Assembly (NCBI RefSeq): GCF_009914755.1
Contig: NC_060942.1
DNA: 64,000 nucleotides
Source: the human T2T-CHM13v2.0 reference genome, Homo sapiens
Direction: 5' to 3' (one strand)
Both the position numbers and the translations under genes were made by a program. Under the pieces are notes generated by a model, which was given only the letters and a program-made list of their open reading frames with translations, was not told the DNA's origin and did no database searches. Numbering within the stretch: position 1 is the stretch's first letter; every line of letters begins with the position of its first letter. Positions 23,680-38,141 of this stretch are shown in pieces.

Positions 23680-26445
23680 TTCTTGTCTTACTGCAGTTGC
23701 TAGGATCTCCAATAAAAAATTGAAAAGGTGTGATAAAAATAGGCATTTTTTTCCTTGTTACTGATTTTAGACAAAGGAGTTTCACACTATATCTTTAAAG
23801 ATAATTGTTTGCTATATGTTAATTTTATAAACACCATTTATTAAATAAATATTTACAGTTATGCATTGCAGTTTAGAGATCCATATGTTCTGAGAAATAC
23901 ATTGTTATGAGCTGCCATCCTTGTGTGAACATCATAGAATAAACTTACACAAACCTAGATGGAACAGCCTACTACACATCTAGGCTAAGTGGTGCAGCCT
24001 ATTCCTTCTAGGCTACAAACCTGTAAAGCGTGTTATTGTACCGAATACTGTAAGCCATTATAACACAATGGTAACAGTTTGTGTATTTAAACATATCTAA
24101 ACGTGGAAAAGGTACAGTACAAATACAGTATTATAATATTATGGGACCTCCATCATCTATATGGTCCATCATTGACTGAAATGTCATTATATGCTACACA
24201 ACTGTATTGTGACTATTTAATTCTATCATATATCATTTCTCCATCTATTAAGGATCAATTTTTTCTATATTCTATTCATTTATTTATTTTTCAATGTCAA
24301 ACCAATTTTGTATTTCTGTAACACAAATTAATTATGTTTATCCTTTTAATGTATTGATTTACTAAATTAGCTAACATTTTCCTTGGGATTTTATTTCAAT
24401 GCCATGTATTAGTTCACTGGCTTGTATTTCTAATGTAAAATCTAGTCATATTTTTGTTAACTAGGGCATGACTTCTCAGAATTAATTAAGAAGTATTTCC
24501 ATTTTCTCTTTTCTCTGGAATAATTATATGTAACATGAATGTTATGTCTTTCTCAAATATTTGATAGAAATCAGCATTAAAGCAACCTTAAAATGAATGG
24601 GACTTTTCTGGAAATATTTTAAATTACATACATGTTAGGTTTAATAATTTTATGAATACTCATATTTTTGATTTTCCCTTTAGTGAGTTGGGTGATTTGT
24701 GACTATGGCTGTTTCTTCTAAATTGTATATTCATTGACAGAATTATTTCTATTAAACACAGAATTTTTAAAAACATGTATTGATTCTGTATTGATGCTCC
24801 CCTTTTGTCCTGACATCACTTCAGCATTTTGTCTTCTATTCTTGATCAATCTTGCCAAGATTATGACAATTTTATTAATTATAGACAACTCACTTTAAGA
24901 TTTGATGGTCCTCTTTTTGTTTTGGTTGCCATTTCATTGACTTTTCATTACTGTCATTTTCTTTGAGTTAGTTGTTTTTTGTTTATGAATGCTAACTTGT
25001 GATAGAATCTTAGTTAATCCATTTTCAGTCTCTTTTTTTGCAATATATGCCTTTAATGCGATTAATTTTCCTCTAGCATGACTTTTATGCTTCTTGTAAG
25101 TTTTACTTTCTTGCATTTTTATTATTATTCAGTTCAAAATATTTTCTAATTTGCATTCTAACTTATTTAATCAATGTGTTACTTTGAAATGTAAATTAAT
25201 GATTAATTTCTGTGTTTTGTGTTTTTTTATTTCCTGCCTTCCTGTCAATTACATGAATTTTCTTTGACTTACATTTTGGTTTCTCTACAGTGTTTTAAGT
25301 GTATCTTTTTGATAGCCTTTTTTATTAATATTTATCTATATTTCTATATTATGTGTGCATAGCATATGATCATCTACTTATAACACCACTTACCTTTTTG
25401 AGTGAAATCTGAAAATCTAAATTCCCTTAATATTCCTTTACTCTCCCCATTTATAATATAGTTGTTTTATGTTTCCTCTACATACAATTAGAACAACACC
25501 CAAAGAGTGATATAATTTTCTTCAACCCTCAAACATAATTTAGAAAACTGTAGGAAAGATATGCCTTCTGTATTTATCAATGTTTTTGCTTACCTAGTTC
25601 TTTCTCACTACTCTTCTGTAGTTTCCTTTCCATTTAGAGAGCTTCCTTTAGCCATTCTCTTACAGTAGACATGCTGGTGATAAAGTCTCATACTTTTCCT
25701 TTATCTAAGAATGTCTTGATTTCCCTTTCTCTCTTGAAGGATATTTTTGCTCAATATGAGATTCTCGATTGACATTTCTATTATTGCAGCATTTAAAAAA
25801 TATTGTGCTGCTTCCTTCCTTCCTCCCTGAGAAATCCTCAGTCATTCACATTTTTCTTTAACCCCTGTAAACAAGGTGTTATTTTTAACTGATTGCTTTC
25901 AAACGTTGTTGTTGTTGTTTTCTAGCTTTGCTTTTCAGAATTTTTATTATGTTTTGTCTTGACATGGTTTGTTTGTATGTATCCTGTTGGGGTTCAATCA
26001 GCATCTCGAACCTGTAGGAATATGTATTTTGCCAAATTTTGACTTTTCTTTTCAGCCATTATATTGTCAAGTAACTTTTCAGCCCTGCTTTCTTTCTCCT
26101 ATCTTTCTGGGCATTTAGTGACATAACCATTAGATCATTTGTTAAAGTCCGGCGTGTCCCTGAGGCTCAGTGCATCTTTTTTGGTCCATTTCCTCTTTGT
26201 TGATCATATTAATTTCTTTGTTTCATCTTCCAATTCACTGATATTTTCCTCTATCCCATTTATTGTACTGTTGAGACTATCCATTTGGCATTTATTTAGG
26301 TTGTTTTCTTTTCCAGTTCTAATATTTTGATTCGGTCCAATTTTATATCCTTTATTTCTTTCCTGAGAATTGTTCATTTTTTGCTGAAAGCTTCTAATTT
26401 TTTATTTTTCCAAGGGTGTTTATAATTGCTCATTGAAGTATATTG
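23680..26445 (-). mobile_element. Ancient L1M fragments (ORF2 and ORF1 regions), possibly more than one element
   Basis: ORF 24934-25116(-) retains RGKLIALKAYI (ORF2p RGKFIALNAY). ORF1-type antisense text at 25640-26430. Confidence 0.65.
23856..24204 (+). mobile_element. Tigger3a (MER7A) DNA transposon, near full length
   Basis: CAG...CTG termini flanked by TA TSDs. Internal cttacacaaacctagatgg...agcctactacacatctaggct...ctaggctacaaacctgta. Confidence 0.9.
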
Positions 26446-26477
26446 AGTAGAGATTTTGGTTGACTAAAAGGGCTAGA

Positions 26478-27075
26478 ACAAAGTCTCCCAAGCATTTTTA
26501 CTTCAGAGAATCATTACTGGTTGACTTTTTTGTTTTTTTTTTTTAATTATTTCATGTTTCTCCTAGGTCAAAAGATACACCTAACAGTCTCACTTATTTA
26601 TCAGTTAAGTCCTAAAAACTTAAAAATGTATGCCATATTAAAAATATTCATTTGAAAAAAGAATACACAAATTTAAAATAAAAAATACTTTATAAAAACA
26701 ATTTATTTTCTCATGAATTATTCATTTTAATTCATTATCTATTATATTTTATCACTTCTAAATAAACAATATTGTATACTAATCGGATGGTATTGCCTGT
26801 GGAAACAGCACATTTTAAACCTTGGAGTCATTATAAATGTCATCACATTCATTTCCCGCTTCACATTGATTTTTGTACAATGCTTATCTTTTTTCATGGC
26901 AACTACCCAAAAGCCTTACAAATATAAGATGCCATTAAAACTCTTGAGTGAGATTTAATGTTTAAGGAAATAATCAACTCCAACTAGTAATGTGTGCCGC
27001 ACCTGTCAGAAGCTGCTCTTCCTTGCGAAAGTTCACAGAATCTTGTGACACCACAGTGAGCTTGTTACCAGGACC
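26478..27075 (+). mobile_element. Charlie4a-like hAT DNA transposon remnant
   Basis: cctaggtcaaaagatacacctaacagt, aaaccttggagtca...catttcccgcttcacattgattttt and ctagtaatgtgtgccgcacctgtcaga resemble Charlie4a in order. Confidence 0.65.
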
Positions 27076-30000
27076 CAAGCTGCTCCAGCTGACAGATAGA
27101 AACTATGGAGCTAGGGGAAAAATTATCCTACATCTCAAGTGATCTTCAAAATGATTTTCATAACATCAGTCACCAAAGCAATAATAACCAGGCATAGAAG
27201 AGAGAAGATAACATAAAACCTTGGACAAATAACAAGCAATATAAACCTCCCATAAGGTATTCATGTTATAAGAATATTAAGTATGAGTTTAAAATAAAAA
27301 GGCTTAATATGCTCAAAAACACAAAATATAGAGTTATAAATATACCAATTCTAAAAAGAAAGAAAATAATTGCCTTGAAGATGGAGCATTGTGAAGGTAA
27401 TATTTGAGCTAGGCACTAAGGCACTGCTGAAATTTTATCTACGAGTGGAGTGTCCAAGAACAGAGCTAAAAACCTTTAATTTTTTTTATAATAAACTAAC
27501 TAAGAACCTTAAAATAATTTAAGACTTCTCTGTCCCATGTGAGAACTGCTTTTCCTTAACTCTCTAGCAAAAAAGATAATTTTAAAGGATGGTTCGCTTT
27601 CTTTAGTTTGTAATAGATAAAATAACACTTTTTACTATTTTTTTCTCTAATGCAGCACTACATAGTTACATTGAATACGTTTTTTTAAGCTTTATTTTCC
27701 CCCTGTTACCTACTTTCTTATATGTGTCACCCTTTTTGTACTGCTGTAAATAGAAGAGGAATTATTTCCCCAGTGCCAAAAAGCAAGCAAAAATAATCAA
27801 GAAAGAAACAGATAAGCCCAGGGTACTGAAAAATACTGCAGAGATAATGAAGTATTTGGGAGACAAGCTCCCAAGATGTAATACGAAAATGTCTATTTTT
27901 TGTTGTTAAATATTAAATTTCAGAAACTCACTTTGGGTTAATAAGTGCCTTGGGAAATCATCAATAATTAAATAATGGCCATATATTATTAGATGATTTC
28001 ATCAAGAATTAAATGTTGATGGCACACTAATAGGCTGTTTCACTGGTTAATCCATGTCTAGTAAAAACGCTATCTTTGTTAACTTTGAAATATTTAAAGG
28101 GATCACCATAAACACTCTCATTCTTGATTTGTGAAAGGGATTTATAAAATAACTCCTAATATTCATTTGTATGAAATTCACTTGAGTAGTCAAGTGAATT
28201 TGCAGTATGCTCTTCTATCTATACCTGTTGACATTTGAAATGATTTCGCTGGAATCACGGCTTTTTTTCCCAAAATATGTTCATGAATTCCTGTATCTCA
28301 GATCTCCCACTCAGAATATGTGACACTTTTAATTTTTCAGTTTATTTTAACTAAACTAAATTTCAAATTTTCAAATCAGACTGAGCTTTGAAACAGCTTT
28401 AAGCCACTTGAAATTATCTTTATGTATTTATTCTTTTTGTTGCATTTAAATACTCAGAACTGTGGTGACTTCAGGTTCTACACCTGTGAAGAGATTTTAG
28501 CATGAAAGAGTCTGAAATTTACACTGTGAAGTGCATGAATTCAGTAGTATCATTACGTGTGTATTACATATGTCAATTAAAACATTTCTGAACAGAAACC
28601 AAATATATTTGACTTTCTAACTTCCTACTATTTAACTATTTGTTTTAAAAACTTGTGCTTTTTAAACTTAAAAATCATTACAAGAACAAGGTAAATATTG
28701 AAGAAGGAAGGTGGCATGACATAGAGCTTTGAATTACACATATTTGACTCAGTATTTAATTTTCTGTGGATATACTTATTTGCTACAACAAATTTGACCC
28801 TCGTGATGTTTGTTAGATGAACTTCTACATTTTCATTTGTAGTATCCTAATTATTGTTAATTTCAAAATATTCTCTAATTATGTGTTTTTTCTCTTTGAT
28901 CCAAAAATAATTACTTTATAAATTCTTATATGATCAGGGTATTTCTTGTTATTTTTGTTGCTCTTGTTTGCTCTTTATATGTATTAGTTAGTATTAAGAC
29001 TCACTGATCTTTTAATAATAAAATTATAGCCTTATTATTTCTGGTTTCATTAACTATAATTTTTGAATTATCTTTTATTATTTTGAAAACAGTTGTGCAA
29101 AACAATTTAGACAATGCAGATTATGATAGAGGCTTCTCTTATCTACAAACAGGTCATCACATTCAAGTCCATTTTGTTGTGGATTCACTGCTTGCTCTGC
29201 CAACGACTGAAGATATGTTTAATTGTCTCACAACTATTTTGTTTATGTCTACTTTTGTCTGTTTTTCTAATAATATCATTTCCATATCTTGAAGCTACAT
29301 CACATGGTTAATAAGTGAATATTATAACCATAAGATTATTATGAATAATCAGATTCTACATTAAACAATAGAGACCATAAAGTCATTCTGCCCATGTATT
29401 GATTTTTGACTTAATACTCTTTCCAAAATTACGCTACCTTGTGTATTTTGCATCACCCTACTATATCGTCTCTATTAATATGTCAATTTCTTTTAGTCGT
29501 ATCTCTTGTGTACTTTCTGAGTTAGATTTGCATTTTTATGAGTGTATATTTCTATAAATTTGCTCAAATTTTTAATTATGTTTATTGTTTCAAAGTGACA
29601 TCAGGACTAAATGGTAAAGGCATAATTTTTACATCTAAACACAATTTTTTAAGCTCTCTGGTGCTAGGGCTGGATTTGTGATTATTACTCGATGAATAAA
29701 AGTTTGTTCTGTAAACTTTATAATGTATGATCTATAACCCCATCAGTTTAGGAAATATGAAGGTTGATTTACCAAAATTACTTTTTTATGCTAATTGTAG
29801 TCATAGTTAGTGTTTCATGCAGAACATCAGTGTTTAGGCGGGTTTTCACTTACTAGATTTTAGTCTTATTTATGCATAGTATCAATTAATCTTTAAGCTT
29901 AAGGAATTTTTAATATAATTTTAGTTCAATATTACCTATTTGTATTTAATTTTATGAAAGTGTTTTACTTCATATATGTTGATTTATGTTCATACAGAAT

Positions 30001-30619
30001 ACATATTCATTTTATTTCTTTAAAAAATGCTAAACATGTGATGAGATTATTGGGAAAAAATAAATGCTGACTAAGAAACAGCACTTATCATCCCCACCTT
30101 TCACCATGATCTGCCATGGATAATGTAGATCAACAATAAATAGCCTCTACTTTCATCATGAATAAAATGTTGAAATAAATATAGTGCCAGAAAAGAACCC
30201 TGTCTTTTAAAATCAAATCCATTTGGTGATTAAGTTATATATTATGACTTTTATTATGGTCACAAATACTTAATGCTACTGTTCTGTTGTCAGCACTTAA
30301 AACGAGGGAGGAATTCTGGGCAACTTTATTTTCCAACAACTTAAGAGGTGGCATATAAAATAATGGTTAAATTTATCCCCTTACCTGGGAGGTAACCGCA
30401 GTCTAATTACAGTAATTGCCAAGGTGGACTGTTAAAAGCTATGTTTCATAAAAGGGAGTAGGTGAGGGTAAAGGTCTCTGCATGAAAACAAGCAAAACAA
30501 GACATCCTATTCAGTATCATGACATAATTTTTCACTTGAGAAGTGAATAACATTCTGAATTGCCTTTATATTTGAAGCTCCTGTTTTATAATGAAAAGTT
30601 ATGCTCTATAAAATCAGTT

Positions 30620-30740
30620 TCTCTCCGCTAAATTGTAAGCTTCATAAAAAGGGGAACATATCTGTTTTGTTTAATCATTATATAGCACAGTGCCTTATGC
30701 ATAATGTATGTCCAATAACTACTTGTCTAATACTAAACAC
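30620..30740 (+). mobile_element. L2 3' end remnant
   Basis: ctaaattgtaagcttcataaaaagggg...tctgttttgttt...tagcacagtgcctt. Confidence 0.6.
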
Positions 30741-31486
30741 ACAAAAATGTTCAACCAAATCTCCTTCAATTAAAACCATTGAGAAATAGAGCAAAAAATA
30801 GCTCCGTGTTTCTTCTGGATTCCCTTCCGTGCTTGATGGTGGCAGGAAGCCTGAATAAGAGGTTATATTGCAGTGTCAGTTGAGAGAGTGGTGTTGCAAT
30901 AGATTAACGTAAAGGCAGGGGAATCCTGGAATCATGTCAGTTGACAGGGTGGAGTGGTTGGGAATCCTAGACCTTCAGATTGGCTGAAGAGTTGGTAGCA
31001 TGAGCAATGTTGACCCTGCAGAAAGCTAGGATGGGTAAAACAGCATCAAGCCTGACGCCTCATGGGAGAAGAGAGAAGCAGAAGTGCGTAGTCAATTTTT
31101 ATATCATCACGAAGGTAACACTAACAATAACATAGCAGTTCACAGTTTGGAATAATATTATTTCAGGAATTTTCAAACTTCAAGAGTAAATTATTTAACT
31201 TAATAATGTATAGACTCTTATCTGGAAATGGTAAATATCACAGTCTATTTTGATAAATTATTAAGAGGTTAAAGTGAGATCAGAAAGAAGGAGATTAAGC
31301 AGAGTACAAGATCTCAGTGCAATCAGTGATAAATCAAAAGTCCTTAACTTTGGGCATTGTGATTACACTTTCCACACCAATTAATAGGTTATCTCAAGAA
31401 TTTCAAAATCTTGATCCAATATTTCTACTGATAATCTTCAGGTAAGTAATATAGTAGAACCTATTAAAAATATATAGGGTTGTTTT

Positions 31487-34400
31487 TTATTTATTTTATT
31501 TATTTTATTTTATTACTTTAAGTTCTGGAATACATGTGATGAACATACAGGTTGTTTACATAGGTATACACGTGCCATGGTGGTTTTCTGTGCCACCGAC
31601 CCATCATCTAGGTTTTAAGCCCTGAATTAATTAGGTGTTTGCTATAATGCTCTCCCTCACCTTGTCCACCACACCCCCACAGGCCATGGGGAGTGATGTT
31701 CCCCTCCCTGTGTCCATGTGTTGTCATTGTTCAGCTCCCACTTATGAGTGAGAACATTTGGTATTTGATTTTCTGTTTGTGTTAGTTTGTTGAGAATGAT
31801 GATTCCAGCTTCATCCATGTCCCTGCAAAGAAAATGAACTCATTTCTTCTTATGGCTGCATAGTATTCCATGGTGTATATATGCCACATTTTCTTTATCC
31901 AGTCTATCATTGATGGGCATTTGGGTTGGTTCCAAGTCTTTACTATTGTAAATACTGCTGTAATAAACATATGTGTGCATATGTCTTTATAATAGAATGA
32001 TTTATAATCCTTTGGGTACATACCCAGTAATGGGATTGCTGGGTCAAATGGAATTTCTAGTTCTAGATCCTTGAGGAATTGCCACATTGTCTTCCACAAT
32101 GGTTGAATTAATTTCTACTCCTACCAACAGTGTAAAAACGCTCCCATTTCTCCACATTTGTACCAGCATCTGTTGTTTCCAGACTTTTTGATGATTGTCA
32201 TTCTAACTGGCATGTGATAGTATCTCATTGTGGTTTTGATTTGTACTTCTCTCATGACCAGTGATGATGAGCTGCTTTTCATATGTTTGCTGGCCGCATA
32301 GTTGTCTTCTTTTGAGAAGTGTCTGTTCATATACTTCGCCCACTTTTTGATGGGGTTGCTTTTTTCTTTAAATTTGTTTAAGTTTCTTGTAGATTCGGGA
32401 TATTAGCTCTTTGTCAGATGGATAGATTGCAAAAATTTCCTCCCATTCTGTTTGTTGCCTGTTCACTCTGATGATAGTTTCTTTGGCTGAGCAGAAGCTC
32501 TTTAGTTAAGTTAGATCCCATTTGTCAATTTTGGCTTTTGTTACAATTGCTTTTGGTGTTTTAGTCATGAAGTCTTTGTCTATGCCTATGCCCTGAATGG
32601 TATTGCCTAGGTTTTCTTCTAGGGTTATTATGGTTTTAGGTTTTACATTTAAGTCTCTAATCCATCATGAGCTAATTTTTGTATTAGGTGTAAGGAAGGG
32701 TCCAGTTTCTGTTTTCTGCATATGGCTAGCCAGTTTTCCCAGCCCCATTTATTAAATAGGGAATCTTTCTCTGTTGCTTGTTTTTGTCAGGTTTGTTAAA
32801 GATCAGATGGTTGCAGATGTGTGCTATTATTTCTGAGGCCTCTGTTCGGTTCCATTGGTTTAGATAGATAGATAGATACATATATAGATACATAGATAGA
32901 TAGATATCTTTTTTGGTACTAATATCATGTTGTTTTGGTTACTGTAGCCTCGTAGTATAATTTGAAGTCAGGTAGCATGATGCCTCCAGCTTTGTTCTTC
33001 TTGCTTAGTATTGCCTTGCCTATAAGAGCTCTTTTTTAGTTCCATATGATACTTAATGTAGTTTCTTTCTAGTTCTATGAAGAAAGTCAATGGTAGCTTG
33101 ATGGGAATACCATTGAATCCATAAATAACTTTGGCCAGTATGACCATTTTTACAATATTTGATTCTTCCTATCCATTAGCATAGAATGTTTTTCCATTTG
33201 TTTGTGTCCTCTCTTATTTCCTTGAACAGTGGTTTGTAGTTCTCCCTGAAGACGTCCCTCATGTCCCTTGTAAGTTGTATTCCTAGGTATTTTATTCTCT
33301 TTGTAGCAATTGTGAATGGGAGATCACTCATGATTCGGCTCTCTGTTTGTCTGTTATTGGTGTATAGGAATGCTTGTGATTTCTGCACATTGATTTTGTA
33401 TCCTGAGACTTTGCTGAAGTTGCTTATCAGCTTAAGGAGTTTTGGGGCTGAGATGATGGGGTTTTCTGAATATACAATCATGTCGTCTGCAAAAAGAGAC
33501 AATTTGACTTCCTCGCTTCCTATTTGAATATCCTTTATTTCTTTCTCTTGCCTGATTGCTCTGGTAAGCAATTGAATGTTGAATAGGAGTGTTGAGAGAG
33601 GGCATCTTTGTCTTGTGCCAGTTTTCAAAGGGAATGATTCCAGCTTTTGCCCATTCAGTATGATATTGGCTATGGGTTTGTCATAAATAGCTCTTATTAT
33701 CTTGAGATGTGTTCCATCACTACCCAATTTATTGAGAGTTTTTAGCATGAAGGGGTGTTGAATTTTATCGAAGCCCTTTTCTGCATCTATTGAGATAATC
33801 ATGTGGTTTTCCTCACTGGTTCTGTTAATGTGATGAATTACATTTATTGATTTGCATATGTTGAACCAGGCTTGCATCCCAGGGACGAAGCCCACTTGAT
33901 CATGGTGGATAAGCTTTTTGATGTCCTGCCTGATTCGGTTTGCCAGTATTTTATTGAGGATTTCGCATCGATGTTCATCAGGGATATTGGCCTGAAATTT
34001 TCTTTTCTTGTTGTGTCTCTGACAGGTTTTGGTATCAGGATGATGCTGGCCTCATAAAATGAGTTAGGGAGAAGTCCCTTTTGTTTTTTTATTGCTTGGA
34101 ATAGTTTCAGAAGGAATGCTACCAGCTCCTCTTTGTACCCTTGGCAGAATTCACCTGTGAATGTACTTGGTTCTAGGCTGTTTTTGGTTGGTAGGCTATT
34201 AGTTACTGCCTCAATTTCAGAATTTGTTATGGGTCTGTTCAGGTATTTGACTTCTTCCAAATTTAGACTTGGGAGGCTGTATGTATCCAGGAATCTATCT
34301 ATTTCTTCTAGATTTTCTAGTTTATATGTGTAGAGGTGTTTTGGTATTCTCTGATGGTAGTTTGTATTTCTGTGGTATTAGTGGTAATATCCTCTTTGTC

Positions 34401-34596
34401 ATTTTTTATTTTGTCTATTTAATTCTTCTCTCTTTTCTTCTTTATTAGTCTGGCTAGTGATCTAGCTATTTTGTTAATCTTTTCAAAAAAAAAAAGCTCC
34501 TGGATTCATTGTTTTTTGAAGTGTTTTTCATGTCTCTCTCCTTCAGTTCTGCTCTGATCTTAGTTATTTCTTGTCTTCTGCTAGCTGTTGAATTTG
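31487..34596 (-). mobile_element. L1PA8-type LINE-1, 5'-truncated (~3.1 kb), with a disrupted ORF2 RT/C-terminal region
   Basis: ORFs 33176-33895 ([12 protein letters not shown]), 33844-34260, 32121-32330 and 31782-32099 are frameshifted ORF2p pieces. The 3' UTR has catctaggttttaagccc. TSD ggttgtttt at 31478-31486 and 34602-34610, with a TT/AAAA site. Internal (TAGA)n at 32860-32907. Confidence 0.95.
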
Positions 34597-35291
34597 ACTG
34601 TGGTTGTTTTAAGATTGACAATCAGATTGATTTGCGTGCATGACATGCCATAAGAGTTTAGCATAAAAAGAAAACCATTGTTGAGATATCTGTATTTATT
34701 CTGGGTCTGTTTCTTTTCTGGATTGATAATTCTTGCATAATTCTCTGGCACACCAGCTGTCCACTCTTACAGGAGGTAAGAGCTTATTGTTCCTGTATCA
34801 CACTCGGGTTGATTCCGTAATGCGAAACTACAAGCATCATGTCTGCATTGGACTTTTCCTAATTTTATTGTGAATTTGAAATTTTTAAAATTGCCAATCA
34901 GAATTTTTCTGTTTTAGATAGAAACTAAACATGAGCAATTTAGGTTGCTTGATAATCTGGTACAAAATGATACTATACTCAGATTTTTTTTAATTTACCA
35001 AGATTTGTAAAAACAACAAAAGAAGATTTTAACAGAATTTGAACAGAATCTAGATAATCTTAAAACTCATAATCTTATATCAATCTATTTTAGATAACTA
35101 AAATATAGAAAATATTAGGCATAAGTAACATAAGATTATATCTAAATTAAAAATGGTGGCAAATAAACAATACTTCATAATACTGAAGCTCATAAAAGGA
35201 AATTAAAAGAGAAAGCAATTATTCATATTAAAGTTGCCAAAATAGCAAACTATTGTTTCCTAGTTAACAGTGCAGTGACCTCTCCATGAAA

Positions 35292-35363
35292 AATCAAGAT
35301 CTTGGTATTTCAGCCTTATCAAGTTATAATCAAGATCTTGGTGTTTCTGCCTTATCAGAGTTA
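35292..35363. repeat. 36-bp tandem duplication (2 copies)
   Basis: aatcaagatcttggtatttcagccttatcaagttat / aatcaagatcttggtgtttctgccttatcagagtta. Confidence 0.92.
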
Positions 35364-37826
35364 AGTACCTTGTTAACAGGAGCCCGTAAGGACAGGGAAA
35401 AGAGCAGGTGTTTGAAATTATATATCTATAGAATGTTAAATTCCTGGTGAGCTTCCATTTAGTTATGTAAAAGGCCCACATAAAACTAGCCAGCACCATT
35501 GGTTACAGAAGGAATAAAATATTTGGCAAAATATTTGCAAATATTTGCCAGGTAAGATCAGAGAGCTAAATATATACATGTTATAGCAATGTGAACAAAA
35601 GTAAAGAAATGAAAGATCAAAGAGGATAATCAAATGTGCAAATAATCTGAAAATCAAAATTCAAACTTAATTTTGTATAACAAAACATCCTCTAAATAGA
35701 ACTAATCCATCTGTACATTTTTCAAAAAATCTCTTTATTTTTTGGAGAAGGAATTGTGTAATCATCTTTGGAATTAATCTATTATGAATAATTTCTAATA
35801 AGAAATGCTATTCAAAAGTTCTCTTTTATTTTTTCAAAAAGATGAAATTTATTTTATTTTAAACAACAAAAGAATCTAATCTTATTGCCTGGTGTGTTCT
35901 TATCATCTGACATTTGGAGGCATGAATGATTGATAACTCTACCTTACTTAGCAGGAAGATTAATCTTTATGTAGATTCAAGAGTGGGAAGAAAGAGACAT
36001 TCACATTTCTCACTTTTATGCCAGGACTCCTATAAATTAGAAGTGTCAAAAAGTAATTTCTCAATTTATATGCATGGAGAAAACTCCATTTTTTTGTTTA
36101 AATGTATTAACGTTAAAGTCGCCCATATAAGGTAACCAATACATATTTGAAATATCATAAATGTATAATTTATGTCTGTGAAGTTATCTTGTATCCTTTT
36201 ATTGGTGATTTGCTGAGTAATTTACAATGCTATTCAAGAACCAGGACATTAGTTTCAAAAGTGAGTCATGGATAATGGAAATACTGCTCTTGCATCTAAA
36301 AATTTTACATATGAAACTACAATATGCTCACAGTGAATATTAATCATAAACTGAATGTACTATATAGATGAAGGATTTGTATAAAATATTTTTCCATATT
36401 CAGAGCAATGAGATTATTAAAAATCATTTACTTTAGTAACTCTTTTGTCAAAATTCCAACCTAGCTCTATCTACACGACCCCATCATTTGTCATGTATCT
36501 ATTTACTTCCATAGATTTAATTTTAAAATTAGTACTAAATTACCTTATTAAAATCTAATGAACAGAGGATTAACAGCCAGATAAAACTGTACCCTACTGA
36601 TATATTGAACAGAAATGTTTAAAAGACTTTAGTAAATGGGACAGGATATGGGTGGGCAAAGAAGGCAAAAGTGATTCTTAGTATATGAATGAAAAGCCTT
36701 ACATTAAGCTCCGGATAGATTCTGGGCAACAATCACTCCTCCCTTTAGGAAGACCATCTCCTGCTACTTTGTATCGAAATGAAGACTAATTTCTATTTAA
36801 GCTATAAATATTTAAAATGAGTTGCTCAGCAATTCAACCTTTCCCATGGAATGCTGACACCCTGAAATAATAAATAGCTCGAATATAGAAATATGTTTTT
36901 AATTTTTTACGTACTCCATATACTAGAGAAAAAGAATTAGGAGTAAATTTTCAGCCAAAATTACCTAGGCAGGATTATTGAGGTTTAAATTCTTACAGAA
37001 GTGAAGCAAAGACATATGATTTTTCAGTTTTGTTTGGGAAAGTAATATAGAATTAGAAGTACTTACAAAACTGAAAATCCTATGAATCCTAAGATCACCA
37101 AATCCACTTACATGGCAAAATAACTGGACAAACCAAATGGATCCATAATCTGACTTTTCTGGGGCTATCTTCAATCCATCAGAGCCAAATCATTGCTTTG
37201 GAAGGTTGTAGCAGATGTAAAATGTTGACATTGACCCAGAAATGTGAAATACATTGGCAAATGGAATGTTATTTTTTATTATTTTTAATCTATCTAAAGA
37301 TAAATTACTATTTAAAAGTATAAAATACATTATGGTGTGTATAACATAAGTATAAATAAAGGTATGATGACAATAACATAAAATCAGGGTGATGAAAATC
37401 AAAATATACTATTGTGAGGTTCTTGTGTGTAAATAGGCAAACTATTAATAAAATGTAGACTGTTATAAATTAAAGTTGCATAGCATAAATTTTAAACCAA
37501 CCAGTTAAATACTACAACTACTAGTATTGCATCATTAATTAGGCAATGTTAGAAATGAAAGGGAGTCATATATAATGCATGATTAATGCAAAAGAAGATA
37601 GAAAATTAGAAAGATGGGACAAAGAACAAATAACACAAATAATGGCAAGAGTACGAATTTAAAATTTACTCTGTTAATGATCACATGAACTGTAAGCGGC
37701 CTAAATTCCCTAAGTGAAATGTAGGGATTATCAGGTTAGATAACAAAACAAAATCCAGCTATATGCTGCATGTAAGAAATACATTTTAATTAGTTAAACA
37801 CAAATAGTTTAAAAGTAAAAGGATGA

Positions 37827-37935
37827 ATTAATTAGCTTAATTTAGCCATTCCACAATGTATACATATATCAAAATACATATTGTCCACCATAAATATATA
37901 CAATTTTTAATTGTCCTTTAAAAATATTTAAAAAG
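37827..37935 (+). mobile_element. 109-bp L1MA 3'-terminal stub
   Basis: attaattagcttaatttagccattccacaatgtatacatatatcaaaa... with a perfect 16-bp TSD aaaagtaaaaggatga at 37811-37826 and 37936-37951. Confidence 0.88.
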
Positions 37936-38141
37936 AAAAGTAAAAGGATGAGGAAAGTTATATCATGATAACACAATCAAAAGTAAGCTGGAGTGACTAT
38001 ATTAATATCAGGAAAACAGTATACTGTGCAACAAAAATATTGCCTTTGATAATAAAAACAGCAAAGCAACAAAAAGAGCTATATTGAGAAAGCAGTCAGT
38101 CCATCAAAAGGACATAACTAATCTAATGTTAATAGCACCTA

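Noticed and set aside
33176-33895. 239-aa reverse transcriptase ORF as a novel RT or retron-like system
   Set aside because: Ordinary frameshifted L1 ORF2 with an internal deletion, in a truncated L1PA8.
35292-35363. 36-bp repeat with an internal palindrome as a CRISPR-like array
   Set aside because: Only two directly adjacent copies, no spacers, no cas genes, and the DNA is primate.
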